Source: a virus
Strand: one strand, 5' to 3'
Length of the DNA: 64,000 nt
IMG/VR virus record: IMGVR_UViG_3300046450_001953
Coordinates: 3,414-67,413 of that record
Positions 1 to 8,947 of this stretch are shown here, piece after piece (within the stretch, counting starts at the first letter, position 1; each line of letters begins with the position of its first letter). The notes under the pieces were generated by a model. That model did no database searches. It was given only the letters and a program-made list of their open reading frames with translations, and was not told the DNA's origin. A program made the translations under genes and the position numbers.

Positions 1-350
1 TTTCTTTCGTAATCGTCTTGTACTCTGACGATATCATCTTCACCAAAATAAGTTCCTGTTTGAACTTCCACTAAAATCATATCTTCTGTATCACCTGGGT
101 TTGCCATGCGGTGCTTTGCTCCAAGTGGAATCAAAACAGTTTCACCTGGTTTGTAATCTTTAGTCACATCATCCAAAGTTATTCTTGCAACACCACTAAC
201 AACCGTCCAGGCTTCTTGTCGTTTGTGATGATACTGATAACTAAGTCGTTGTCCTGGTTTCACATAGATACGTTTAACTTTGCAGTAATCTGCATCCAAT
301 AGGATTTCGTAATTTCCCCAAGGTCTAATGCTTTCGTCTGTTTCACTCAT
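1..350 (-). CDS. Mannose-6-phosphate isomerase type II (cupin) domain protein, 3' end outside window
   Basis: Manual translation from ATG at 350: MSETDESIRPWGNYEILL...KVKRIYVKPGQRLSYQYHHKRQEAWTVVSG...KHRMANPG...EVQTGTYFGEDDIVRVQDDYER. Matches the RPWG/HHxRxE/GEDDIVR motifs of the ManC C-terminal PMI cupin. Absent from the ORF track because it is truncated. Confidence 0.9.
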   Translation of the reverse strand, partial: MSETDESIRPWGNYEILLDADYCKVKRIYVKPGQRLSYQYHHKRQEAWTVVSGVARITLDDVTKDYKPGETVLIPLGAKHRMANPGDTEDMILVEVQTGTYFGEDDIVRVQDDYER

Positions 351-355
351 AATTT

Positions 356-607
356 TTATCCCCATCTGTCAGACAAATCTTGAGAAGAAATGTCAGACTT
401 ATTATCTACTTTTTTAATCTCCAAGTCAAGTTCCAATGTATCAATGATACCATTTGCGGTGTTTACCAAATCTTCACATACTTGTTTTGGGTTTGACCAC
501 AATTTCAAATCATGCATCATGGTAATGTCATCTCCAATTCCGTATGTACGGAAATCAAATTTCAGAACTATCTGATCGTTTTCTATTTTAACATCTGATA
601 ACTTCAT
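356..607 (-). CDS. Hypothetical protein
   Basis: 83-aa ORF tightly packed in the leftward operon, with an AT-rich upstream region. Confidence 0.65.
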   Translation of the reverse strand: MKLSDVKIENDQIVLKFDFRTYGIGDDITMMHDLKLWSNPKQVCEDLVNTANGIIDTLELDLEIKKVDNKSDISSQDLSDRWG

Positions 608-641
608 ATAATTAAATATAGTAAATGATTACATTCCGTGT

Positions 642-1595
642 TTAACTTCCATATACTTCTTCAAATTTTTCAATGAAGTTATTTAACTCCGACTTGGGGA
701 GTTCGTTTACTCCAGCTGCTTTCTCCCGACCACCACCAGTTGGGAACTGCAATGCAAGTTTACTTGCTCCGTATGGATTTGTTTTTGGTGAACGAATGCT
801 TATGCGGTAGTTTCCACCACCCACCGATGTTAGTATGGCAAATGCCTCATCGGGACTATCGGTTGTTTGTTGGTTGCTATAAATACCCGAGTAACGAATG
901 GATGCTCTTGTGTTTGGTAACAAGATAACTTTACCGGTTTCAGATTCATGTAAAATTTCGGAAGAACTTAATTCTGCTTCGTCTGATTTCATGTGTGTAT
1001 GAATCTTGTTGTATGTTTCTGATTTGATTCTGTACTCAAACGGAGACTCATACTCTTTTAAATCAATATATACGTCCTTCGGGTGGGCAGTTAAATCCAA
1101 TTCCTCGTTACCATATCCGTTATAGTTTAGTGTTTCACCAACTTCCTTTAATTTGCTCATGGTGATTTCATCAAAACACGGATTGAATTTATCTGCTTGT
1201 TCGTGGAGGTTGTCGCCGTACATTCCGCATATTGTCCACGGACGATACAGACCATTCAAATACTCATCAACCAAGGTGTTTGTGCAACAATTTGGGTCAG
1301 TGTCTACCTTGATACTAAAGTTATCTCCTAGTTCCGTTTCTCCCGGTTCGTGGTGGTCAAACCACTTAACATAATTTCCGTTATCCAAGGTTGGTTTTAT
1401 ATAGTCTTCGTTGGAGAGCAGAGATATGTCAAACACAGTAAACACCGAATCTTTGACATCTATGCAATGACGCAATAATTTTACGTCACGTTTCACTCCA
1501 GTAAACAACTTGGTGTCTCTGGGGTAATGCATTCTATACTGATGTAAACTTATGATCCCATCCGCATCACCATTAAAGAAGTCGTAGTAATCCAT
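642..1595 (-). CDS. DHH/DHHA1-family phosphoesterase (NrnA/pAp-phosphatase-like)
   Basis: NGDADG, FDIS, FDHH and C-terminal SIRSP...GGGREKAAG motifs. Confidence 0.8.
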   Translation of the reverse strand: MDYYDFFNGDADGIISLHQYRMHYPRDTKLFTGVKRDVKLLRHCIDVKDSVFTVFDISLLSNEDYIKPTLDNGNYVKWFDHHEPGETELGDNFSIKVDTDPNCCTNTLVDEYLNGLYRPWTICGMYGDNLHEQADKFNPCFDEITMSKLKEVGETLNYNGYGNEELDLTAHPKDVYIDLKEYESPFEYRIKSETYNKIHTHMKSDEAELSSSEILHESETGKVILLPNTRASIRYSGIYSNQQTTDSPDEAFAILTSVGGGNYRISIRSPKTNPYGASKLALQFPTGGGREKAAGVNELPKSELNNFIEKFEEVYGS

Positions 1596-1598
1596 GAG

Positions 1599-2474
1599 TT
1601 ACTTGGTTTTCTTTTTAGTTTTTGTTTTTTTGGTTTCCGCGGAAACTGCACGACCTTTGTCGGCTGTCCAATCCTTCTCTGGCCGGTCGATTTCCTCGTT
1701 TCTTTTGATTACCGCATCGAGTATCGGGGTTTCTATTCCACACCCCGAGGCCACGACTGCGAGTGCGTTGGTGTCTTTTGGAAAACAAGTTCCACCGAAA
1801 CCCCGCTTTCCGTCATGTCCTGGTACTTTAGTGTGTCCTGTTCCTATTCGTTTGTCCTGTGTTGCTATACACCGAACGTTCTCGTAATCAATATCTAGTT
1901 CTGAGCATATAGATTCAAGTTCATTGAAGAACCCAACCTTAACACTAAGAAATACGTTTTTCAAATACTTTATCATCTCTGCCTCGGTAGGTTTGCACTG
2001 AATGATGTTCTTGTTCACCACAGACCCACCACCTTCGTTATATGCAAGTTCAAACATACGTTTCATTTTCTCATACAGAAAAGGATCAGTTGAACCGAGA
2101 ATCCATTGGTCACAATTCTTGAAGTCATCTTTCCAATTCTTTTCGGTTAAAAATTCCGGCATAAATGCTACGTCAAGTTCTTCGGATGTTCCGGGAGGAA
2201 CTGTTGAACGGAGAACAATATACTTGCTATCATCGATCTCCTGTATCTCTTCACAAACCGCACGAACAATATCAACATTACAACTTCCGTCTTTATTCAT
2301 TGGTGTCGGAACTGCAACGAAAATAATTTCGGACTCCTCCACAAATGTTTCAATATCCAGTGTCTTTGGATCTCTCTTTTCGGGAACGACGTCCCATACC
2401 AATACTTCTACATATGGGCTAAGCAATGTCATCGCATGACCCACGAACCCGTTACCAACAACTCCAATCTTCAT
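1599..2474 (-). CDS. ugd: UDP-glucose/GDP-mannose 6-dehydrogenase family protein (no C-terminal UDP-binding domain)
   Basis: GVVGNGFVG Rossmann motif, VPTP, RSTVPPG, PEFL, AEMIKY and catalytic GFGGTCFPKD. ATG at 2474 is preceded by GGAG. Confidence 0.88.
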   Translation of the reverse strand: MKIGVVGNGFVGHAMTLLSPYVEVLVWDVVPEKRDPKTLDIETFVEESEIIFVAVPTPMNKDGSCNVDIVRAVCEEIQEIDDSKYIVLRSTVPPGTSEELDVAFMPEFLTEKNWKDDFKNCDQWILGSTDPFLYEKMKRMFELAYNEGGGSVVNKNIIQCKPTEAEMIKYLKNVFLSVKVGFFNELESICSELDIDYENVRCIATQDKRIGTGHTKVPGHDGKRGFGGTCFPKDTNALAVVASGCGIETPILDAVIKRNEEIDRPEKDWTADKGRAVSAETKKTKTKKKTK

Positions 2475-2539
2475 AAAACACAATCTCCATAAATTTAAGT
2501 GTAATATAACCTTTTATTATAAATATAACAAAGGTGGGT

Positions 2540-3157
2540 TTATTTATGTGTTTTAACTTGATATCTGCGAATTAACCAGAAAATGTATACGGCAAACTTG
2601 GGTACTCTAAATATAACACCGGGCCCATTGACCTTGGGAGTTTCTGAATACAACCTCCTTGAAATTAGTTGTTTCCACCAAGATACATTCTTAAACTTGC
2701 AATTTGAAATCAATATGTTTTTTGTTTTGGGTAGGTTGTCCACATCATAGTCACTCCAATTCCCCAAGTCGACAAACGCACCGTCTATAATCGTGCGGAA
2801 ATCGTTAATAAAAACACAATCAACAATCTTAATGTCATCAACCATACATTTAATGGTAAAGTGGTGCTTGGTGTTTTTTGAAATAAACTTACACTTGAGA
2901 AATGTAATATTCCCCCCACGAACTATATCAACACAATCCTCAAACCCACCAATGATTGTGCTGTTCTTCACTATAACATCGTGACAGTATGATAATTTCA
3001 GACCTTCTGCAACGGGACCTGCATCAATGGTGCAATTTTCTATTAGGATGCTTTGTTTCGGCATTCCCGGTCTCCACATAAATCCAAGAGCATTACTGGC
3101 TTTCCCTCGGGTAATATCACCTTTAAAAGTTTTACCTTTTATTGTGATGTGTTTCAC
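2540..3157 (-). CDS. Right-handed parallel beta-helix (pectate-lyase-like) protein
   Basis: Repeating I-x-I-x-N/D-C-x-F/I coils (ILIENCTI, VIVKNSTI, ITFLKCKF, IKIVDCVF, ILISNCKF) and an EDCVDI motif. Confidence 0.7.
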   Translation of the reverse strand: MKHITIKGKTFKGDITRGKASNALGFMWRPGMPKQSILIENCTIDAGPVAEGLKLSYCHDVIVKNSTIIGGFEDCVDIVRGGNITFLKCKFISKNTKHHFTIKCMVDDIKIVDCVFINDFRTIIDGAFVDLGNWSDYDVDNLPKTKNILISNCKFKNVSWWKQLISRRLYSETPKVNGPGVIFRVPKFAVYIFWLIRRYQVKTHK

Positions 3158-3960
3158 TTGAAGTTTCTTTTGATTCTATCTATTGCAGATTTATCGGATG
3201 TGTTGGTGGAATTTCCTAATGAAGAACCAAAAATATTAAGAATTTCACTTTTGCTAAGTTTTTTATCATCATCAACTGAACGAATTTTTTCCTTGGCATC
3301 GTGGACTCCTTTGATAATGTTTGATGTCATTTTACTACTTGTTATTCCAACCCAACCTATTAATCCAGGTAACTTACCAACTAACCAAGCAAGTATTTGG
3401 CCAAAAACTGGTATCAATGCAGGTCCTGCTATAACGCATATTGCAACTGCTCCAAGCAATCCGAATGTTCCTGTTAACCACATCCATAACGAAGAGAAAA
3501 ATCCATCTTTATCTTCCTGTGCTTTTAATTCACCAAGACTTATTAGTTTTTCTTCGGTATCTTTTAGGTCGTGTCCTAATAATTCTTTTCGTCTGCTTAA
3601 CTTAATAACATCGGTATCTCTGTCGGTTAAGTTTTCAATAGCAACTTCGTTGCTTGATATAACATCTTCTATGTGAATCTTGTCACCTGGTTGTGGGAGT
3701 CCCACAATTTCTTGTGCTTTTTGTGCTAGGTTAAGTGCAACCAAATCTTCTTTTGATTTATCTTTTGATAAAGATAACGCATCAACTGTTCCCGATACAA
3801 ATGCTTTTGTGTGACGATTTAATTCTCCTTCCTTTCTGTCAATTTCTCCGGCAATCTCTTGTCGTTGTTCTTTCAGACCCCATGATACGTTAAAGCACCC
3901 GGTCGAAAATAAAACGGTGGAGAGCAGGAGTGAGCAAACTACTATTTTTTTAACTTCCAT
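3154..3960 (-). CDS. Lipoprotein with C-terminal transmembrane segments (unimolecular spanin-like architecture)
   Basis: Start at ATG 3960 gives MEVKKIVVCSLLLSTVLFSTG-C (lipobox), then a helical charged region, then hydrophobic FFSSLWMWLTGTFGLLGAVAICVIAGPALIPVFGQILAWLVG. Confidence 0.6.
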   Translation of the reverse strand: MEVKKIVVCSLLLSTVLFSTGCFNVSWGLKEQRQEIAGEIDRKEGELNRHTKAFVSGTVDALSLSKDKSKEDLVALNLAQKAQEIVGLPQPGDKIHIEDVISSNEVAIENLTDRDTDVIKLSRRKELLGHDLKDTEEKLISLGELKAQEDKDGFFSSLWMWLTGTFGLLGAVAICVIAGPALIPVFGQILAWLVGKLPGLIGWVGITSSKMTSNIIKGVHDAKEKIRSVDDDKKLSKSEILNIFGSSLGNSTNTSDKSAIDRIKRNFK

Positions 3961-4834
3961 TGTTATTATATATATTGGACTGAATTCTTTTTTTAAAAAA
4001 ACTAAGTTCGTCATAAAATATACTATTGCAGTTATCTCTGAAGTTAATGTTATTTTTAAAAAACAAACGATTCTTTTTAATTAAGGTTCGGTCTTCACAC
4101 ACCACCCACCCACTTTGTATGTATTGTGTTACATTCCAACCCAATCTCTTTAGGTGCTTGCAACACTCCATCATGAATGTGTCATCGGGCCCGTACCCAA
4201 CAAACTTGGACGGAATTCCGATCAACTTTGCGAGTTTAGATGATATGCACGTAAACCACCCACCTGCCCACTTAAATGTACTAAGTTTGGTTAACTTACA
4301 ACATCCATATGTTTCAGATGAATAGTGTTCTGGTATTATAGTGTCACAAAACCTAAGTGGTTGTTTGATGAAACGTTCATTGACTAAACAATCCCACGTG
4401 GTGTCCCACAACCGGACGCACTGTGGGGTTAGTATAAAATAGTCTTGTTGTTCATGTAACTTAGTTGCGTTGATCAGTGTAGACATTAAGAGGTCTGAGT
4501 GGAAGTGCAAATCAGAATCTATAAAAATTAACATATCTTCATCCGATGATTCGTTAATACACGTTCGTCTGTGTTCGTTAACCCCCGCAATGTTTGTGTC
4601 TAGATTTATAGTCGGAATTACATTTAGGTCACTGTATGAGTTTATCTTTTTAAACTCATATGTGATTTCTGCGCGGGGATCATTAATAACACACACATCC
4701 TCATTTAGATTCAGGCAACTCAAAATCTGCACCTCACACACATCCACGACAAGCTCGGTGGTATTTAACTGATGAATTACTCGTTTGTATTCAATCAGTT
4801 CGTGTGGGAATATGTGTATAATGATTTTTATCAT
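3950..4834 (-). CDS. GT-A fold (family 2-like) glycosyltransferase
   Basis: LIFIDSD (DxD), GGWFTCIS and FVGYGPDDTF motifs. Confidence 0.75.
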   Translation of the reverse strand: MIKIIIHIFPHELIEYKRVIHQLNTTELVVDVCEVQILSCLNLNEDVCVINDPRAEITYEFKKINSYSDLNVIPTINLDTNIAGVNEHRRTCINESSDEDMLIFIDSDLHFHSDLLMSTLINATKLHEQQDYFILTPQCVRLWDTTWDCLVNERFIKQPLRFCDTIIPEHYSSETYGCCKLTKLSTFKWAGGWFTCISSKLAKLIGIPSKFVGYGPDDTFMMECCKHLKRLGWNVTQYIQSGWVVCEDRTLIKKNRLFFKNNINFRDNCNSIFYDELSFFKKRIQSNIYNNNGS

Positions 4835-7083
4835 TTTAATAGGTGGTGGAATGCCCGACTTACCATGAACTCCTCTCCCTCGATGGATCGTTTCATGTTG
4901 TTTAGTATTTGTGAGTAATAGTTAACTGGGTGCTTATAAATCTCGTTTCGGGTTACTATAAAGTTTCCACTTTTTAGATACATTCTTCTGTGATCATATT
5001 CGTGTTTTGTGTTTTCTTTCCACCAAATCCGCATAGATTTATAGTTTTTAACTATGGTGTGTTGGTCTATTGCTATTTTTGTATATTCACCGACTATTGG
5101 TTGTGTTGACCTCACCTCGGATATATTATCTATTACATTGTTTAATATGCGGACATAATCTTTGTTTCCAATACCCTCGTTAACAAATATACAATACTCA
5201 GGAAGTTCTTTGTAAAACATAACTATGAAACTTAAATAAATTCCATATATACCCATACCAGCAGAATGTGTATGCGAGTTGATACTCGGACGGCCGGATG
5301 TGTCCACCACCACCTTGCACTTGGAAGAAACTCGTTCAATTGAAAACTTTTTTTCAGAACACTTACCAACAACTATTACATGGTTGCTGTTCTTATTTAG
5401 TTTAAAGTTTTTTAGTTTCCGTGGTGTATAGTTTGATATGAGTGAGTGTGTGGTTTCTTTTACAAACTTTAAATTTTTTGTTGTGGACATCTGATATACC
5501 GTGTCCGCGTTTGTAATCTCGGCAGGGGTTAAGTGGGAATCCTCATCTCTCTCTGAGAAGTACATTTTTATTGCTTTCTCAAGTTTCGTGTTCGTAAGTT
5601 CATATAATCCGGTATTCGTTTTTATTAAATCGTGTGTTGGGTTAAATGCACACTTCTTGATTATGTTTTCTCGTGTTCTATATTTTCGGTTATTAATAGT
5701 TCCGTGTGGATGTACCTTGATTTCCACATTGGCATACCCGACACCGTATTGCAGTTGTTTGTTTCTAAGTGACCACTCTTTAAATGAATTGAAGAAATCT
5801 TGTGTGGTGTTGATAAAAAATCTATCATTTTTAATCAGTTCCAAGTTATCCGGATTACAATACATTCCAAGAAGATTTGCGATGTCACCTGCACCCACTA
5901 TGGCCTTATCAAACAATAAATTCTGTTCCAAGAAGCTGCGGTGGTAACAATATCCATATCCAGGTTCACCTTGTCTGGCCAGTATACCATCTAAGTCAGT
6001 CCGTGAGTTTCCCGTGAAGTAATAGCAAGTTGACATCTTTTCATTTTCTAAACATTGCGTGATATCCTTGGTAGACTTTTTAAATATTTGAGATACTCCA
6101 TAGAACTCAGCCGAACGAGTAATGTGTTCTAACCAATCGTTTGTTAAAAATTCTATGTCAGCGTCAACCCACATGATGTATTCATAATTTTCTTTCAAGA
6201 GGTGGGTTATTCCTGCGTTTAGTAGTGATTCTTTTTGCCAATACACAGAATTACATTTCAGTGAAATTGTATTGTCTGAGAAGTTGTTAATTCGGTATGA
6301 TGATGAATCTGTGTATGCCTCTACTACAAGTGGGGTGACTCCACACGATTTTAGGTGGTCTATGAATTTGATAAAATTAATGAACTTGCTTGTATAATTG
6401 CATGGGTTAAAGTAGCAACACACGATACCCACACGGGAATCACTTACAAGTTTTTTCTTCAGTTCTCTGTATTTTAAGTTATTTCTTATTTGGTTTTGTA
6501 ATTCTTTGGTGTGTGTTAGGTAATGACCACTGGTCTCTGATAATTTTTTCATGCCACGATGACCGTGTATCTGTTCATGCACCGAACCAACCCAACTTAA
6601 TCGTTTTGAATTTTTATATATCCGACCTTGATAATCAGGAAAGTTAAGTCTCCCATCACGCTCTTCACGACAACCCCATTCCTTTATTATTTTTGGTGTT
6701 ATTCCCGTTATGTAATTACATCTGGGTAACGCAAAGAGCTCTATGTTGGGATTTGTTTTTAATATAACTTTCAGTTGCTTTAATAGTTTACTGGACGGAA
6801 TTTCATCTGCATCTATATTGAATATGTAGTCTCCCTTGCATATATCAAAAAATAGATTTTTATGAGATGCGTAGTCACCGAGTAACTTTTTTGACACAAG
6901 TGTGTCTGCTCTGAGTAGTTGCTTCTTGGTAACTTCGTTTGTGGCAAAGTCATTTATTATTACAATCTCATCTATATCATCTTTATGTAACTTAATAGCA
7001 TCTAATAAATCCGCTAAAGATTGGGTTTCGTCCTTTACGCATATAGCATAGCTGATTTTAAGTCTTGGATGCATTGAAGTCAT
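4831..7083 (-). CDS. Multidomain glycosyltransferase (two GT-A domains plus a DUF3431-like C-terminal domain)
   Basis: Domain 1: ISYAICVKDE...FNIDADE...FPDYQGRIYKN...VHE. Domain 2: WQKESLLN...MWVDAD...GAGD. C-terminal region: YLSFIVMFYKELPEYCIF...FIVTRNEIYKHP. Confidence 0.8.
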   Translation of the reverse strand: MTSMHPRLKISYAICVKDETQSLADLLDAIKLHKDDIDEIVIINDFATNEVTKKQLLRADTLVSKKLLGDYASHKNLFFDICKGDYIFNIDADEIPSSKLLKQLKVILKTNPNIELFALPRCNYITGITPKIIKEWGCREERDGRLNFPDYQGRIYKNSKRLSWVGSVHEQIHGHRGMKKLSETSGHYLTHTKELQNQIRNNLKYRELKKKLVSDSRVGIVCCYFNPCNYTSKFINFIKFIDHLKSCGVTPLVVEAYTDSSSYRINNFSDNTISLKCNSVYWQKESLLNAGITHLLKENYEYIMWVDADIEFLTNDWLEHITRSAEFYGVSQIFKKSTKDITQCLENEKMSTCYYFTGNSRTDLDGILARQGEPGYGYCYHRSFLEQNLLFDKAIVGAGDIANLLGMYCNPDNLELIKNDRFFINTTQDFFNSFKEWSLRNKQLQYGVGYANVEIKVHPHGTINNRKYRTRENIIKKCAFNPTHDLIKTNTGLYELTNTKLEKAIKMYFSERDEDSHLTPAEITNADTVYQMSTTKNLKFVKETTHSLISNYTPRKLKNFKLNKNSNHVIVVGKCSEKKFSIERVSSKCKVVVDTSGRPSINSHTHSAGMGIYGIYLSFIVMFYKELPEYCIFVNEGIGNKDYVRILNNVIDNISEVRSTQPIVGEYTKIAIDQHTIVKNYKSMRIWWKENTKHEYDHRRMYLKSGNFIVTRNEIYKHPVNYYSQILNNMKRSIEGEEFMVSRAFHHLLK

Positions 7084-7756
7084 CGTTGGTTTGGTCTGTG
7101 TTTGGTGACTCTGAGTAGTTTTCTAGATCTTCTAAGATTTCATAAAATGAGGCCATACTTCCAAATCTTTCGTTTATCAACTTTTTGAACCGAGCATTAT
7201 TCAGTGTCCCAATGTCACTTTTTAAAATCTCGTTTAATATTCTACGACTACGGGCAATCCCCACCAAGGTTTCGTCTTTATCAATTAATACCGGTTTTTT
7301 TGTGGTGTTATCAAACAACCGCAACTGTCTCCAATTCAACATATAACACGTGGGTTGTTTTATTTCGTACAATTTATATGTGCGGTAGCAATCATACTCC
7401 AATAGATTTGGTTTTATATATTTAACATAAAATGTCTTGGGTCGGTCAATTAACTGAGAAAACGGACCTTTTATTTCATACTTTCGTTTTATCAACGACA
7501 AAGTATCCTTTATTATTACCCTTTTTAAAAATACATATAACTTATCATGTGGAATGTGTTCTAGATTTAGACCATGTAATAACATACCCCCACCTTTATT
7601 GAACTTTCCCAAAATTAAAACCAAACGATTTATCCGTCTCCTCGTAGTTTCTGATCTATATCTGAATGAAACTATATGGCCCGGTTCAAGTTTATTCCTT
7701 GATATTGCCAAAGTACCACCAATCAATTTCTGTAAATACTTAGCATAGTAACTCAT
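7058..7756 (-). CDS. Phage protein, T4 gp2 (DNA end protector)-like
   Basis: The PGHIVSFRY...LLHGLNLEHIP...CYRTY pattern resembles gp2-like proteins. Confidence 0.45.
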   Translation of the reverse strand: MSYYAKYLQKLIGGTLAISRNKLEPGHIVSFRYRSETTRRRINRLVLILGKFNKGGGMLLHGLNLEHIPHDKLYVFLKRVIIKDTLSLIKRKYEIKGPFSQLIDRPKTFYVKYIKPNLLEYDCYRTYKLYEIKQPTCYMLNWRQLRLFDNTTKKPVLIDKDETLVGIARSRRILNEILKSDIGTLNNARFKKLINERFGSMASFYEILEDLENYSESPNTDQTNDDFNASKT

Positions 7757-7768
7757 AACATAATAATA

Positions 7769-8947
7769 TTATAAATATGAGTCTAATAGTTGTTTGTACT
7801 TATTGAATATAGAATTCTTGTTATATTTTGATGTGAGCTGCTTGGAGATTTCTTGAATTTCCAATTGATATTTTTCTATTTCTGAAAAGACATCCAGTAT
7901 TTTTGTAGACGCACTGCTTGTATCTACATCAAACCAATTCCCACCTTTAATGAAACTACCATCTACCTCGGGATTTTCTACCAACCTACCACCGATGTGA
8001 AATAGATCGTTCGGTAAATAATCAAGTGGGCCTGACCAACTTGGTATTAGTATGGGTTTATTTGCAAGTATGGTTTCTAATATAGGGCGGCCGAAGCTTT
8101 CACCATGTGACATATTTAATCCACATTTTATTTTATCGTGACTGTATAGACTTTCCAACTGACCAGGTGTTAGGTTTCCGTGTAGTAGATATATACTCGG
8201 TGTTTTTATGTGAGAATCCTTGATAATAGTTTGAATGGATTTGTATATTTTAGTATAATCCGATTCACTAAAATTTCTATTATGGGTTTTTAGTACAAGT
8301 GCGGGTTTCTCGTCAATATCCTTAAATGCATGAATGAATGTTCTGATTAACGTATCAACATTCTTTCTGTCTGTGGTGTGATCCAGATCCCATGCTCCGT
8401 TGTACAAATAGCAAAACTCTTCATCAACCCCCTCCATAAAGTCAGAAACACTACGTGAGTCATGTGTGGTAGTTGGTTGTGATGTATAGTATACACACTC
8501 TGGTATTATGTTTATCGAAGTCTGCGCCGGAATACTATGATGGGAATAACTATCCTCTAATGTTGTTTTGCTGAACTCAGACGAAACAATGACTTGATCC
8601 ATTTTATTACAACCATGTAAGAAGGAATCGTGACACAATGTAGACTCCACCACCGCACTAATTCCAATATTATGCCTTCCTATCTTTTTAAACTCAGACG
8701 GAGAACCAAGTTTTATATACACATGGATATCACTCACATCGTCATCGGTTAGTTGTTTATTAAAGATTCTAGTTATATCCGAATCATTGAATTTCATAGA
8801 CTTTTGGGATGTTCCCCACCGAGAGTCTACAAAGTATATATCAAACTCAGAATCCATCTTAATTAAATAAGATGCAATTTCACGTGCGTGTTCACCACAT
8901 CCTGATAGTGATGTAATGGGTGACTCAAAGACGAGTAAGTTTTTCAT
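7769..8947 (-). CDS. GT-B fold (family 4) glycosyltransferase
   Basis: SGCGEHAR N-terminal motif, RKN, and E-x7-E motif GESFGRPILE. Confidence 0.85.
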   Translation of the reverse strand: MKNLLVFESPITSLSGCGEHAREIASYLIKMDSEFDIYFVDSRWGTSQKSMKFNDSDITRIFNKQLTDDDVSDIHVYIKLGSPSEFKKIGRHNIGISAVVESTLCHDSFLHGCNKMDQVIVSSEFSKTTLEDSYSHHSIPAQTSINIIPECVYYTSQPTTTHDSRSVSDFMEGVDEEFCYLYNGAWDLDHTTDRKNVDTLIRTFIHAFKDIDEKPALVLKTHNRNFSESDYTKIYKSIQTIIKDSHIKTPSIYLLHGNLTPGQLESLYSHDKIKCGLNMSHGESFGRPILETILANKPILIPSWSGPLDYLPNDLFHIGGRLVENPEVDGSFIKGGNWFDVDTSSASTKILDVFSEIEKYQLEIQEISKQLTSKYNKNSIFNKYKQLLDSYL

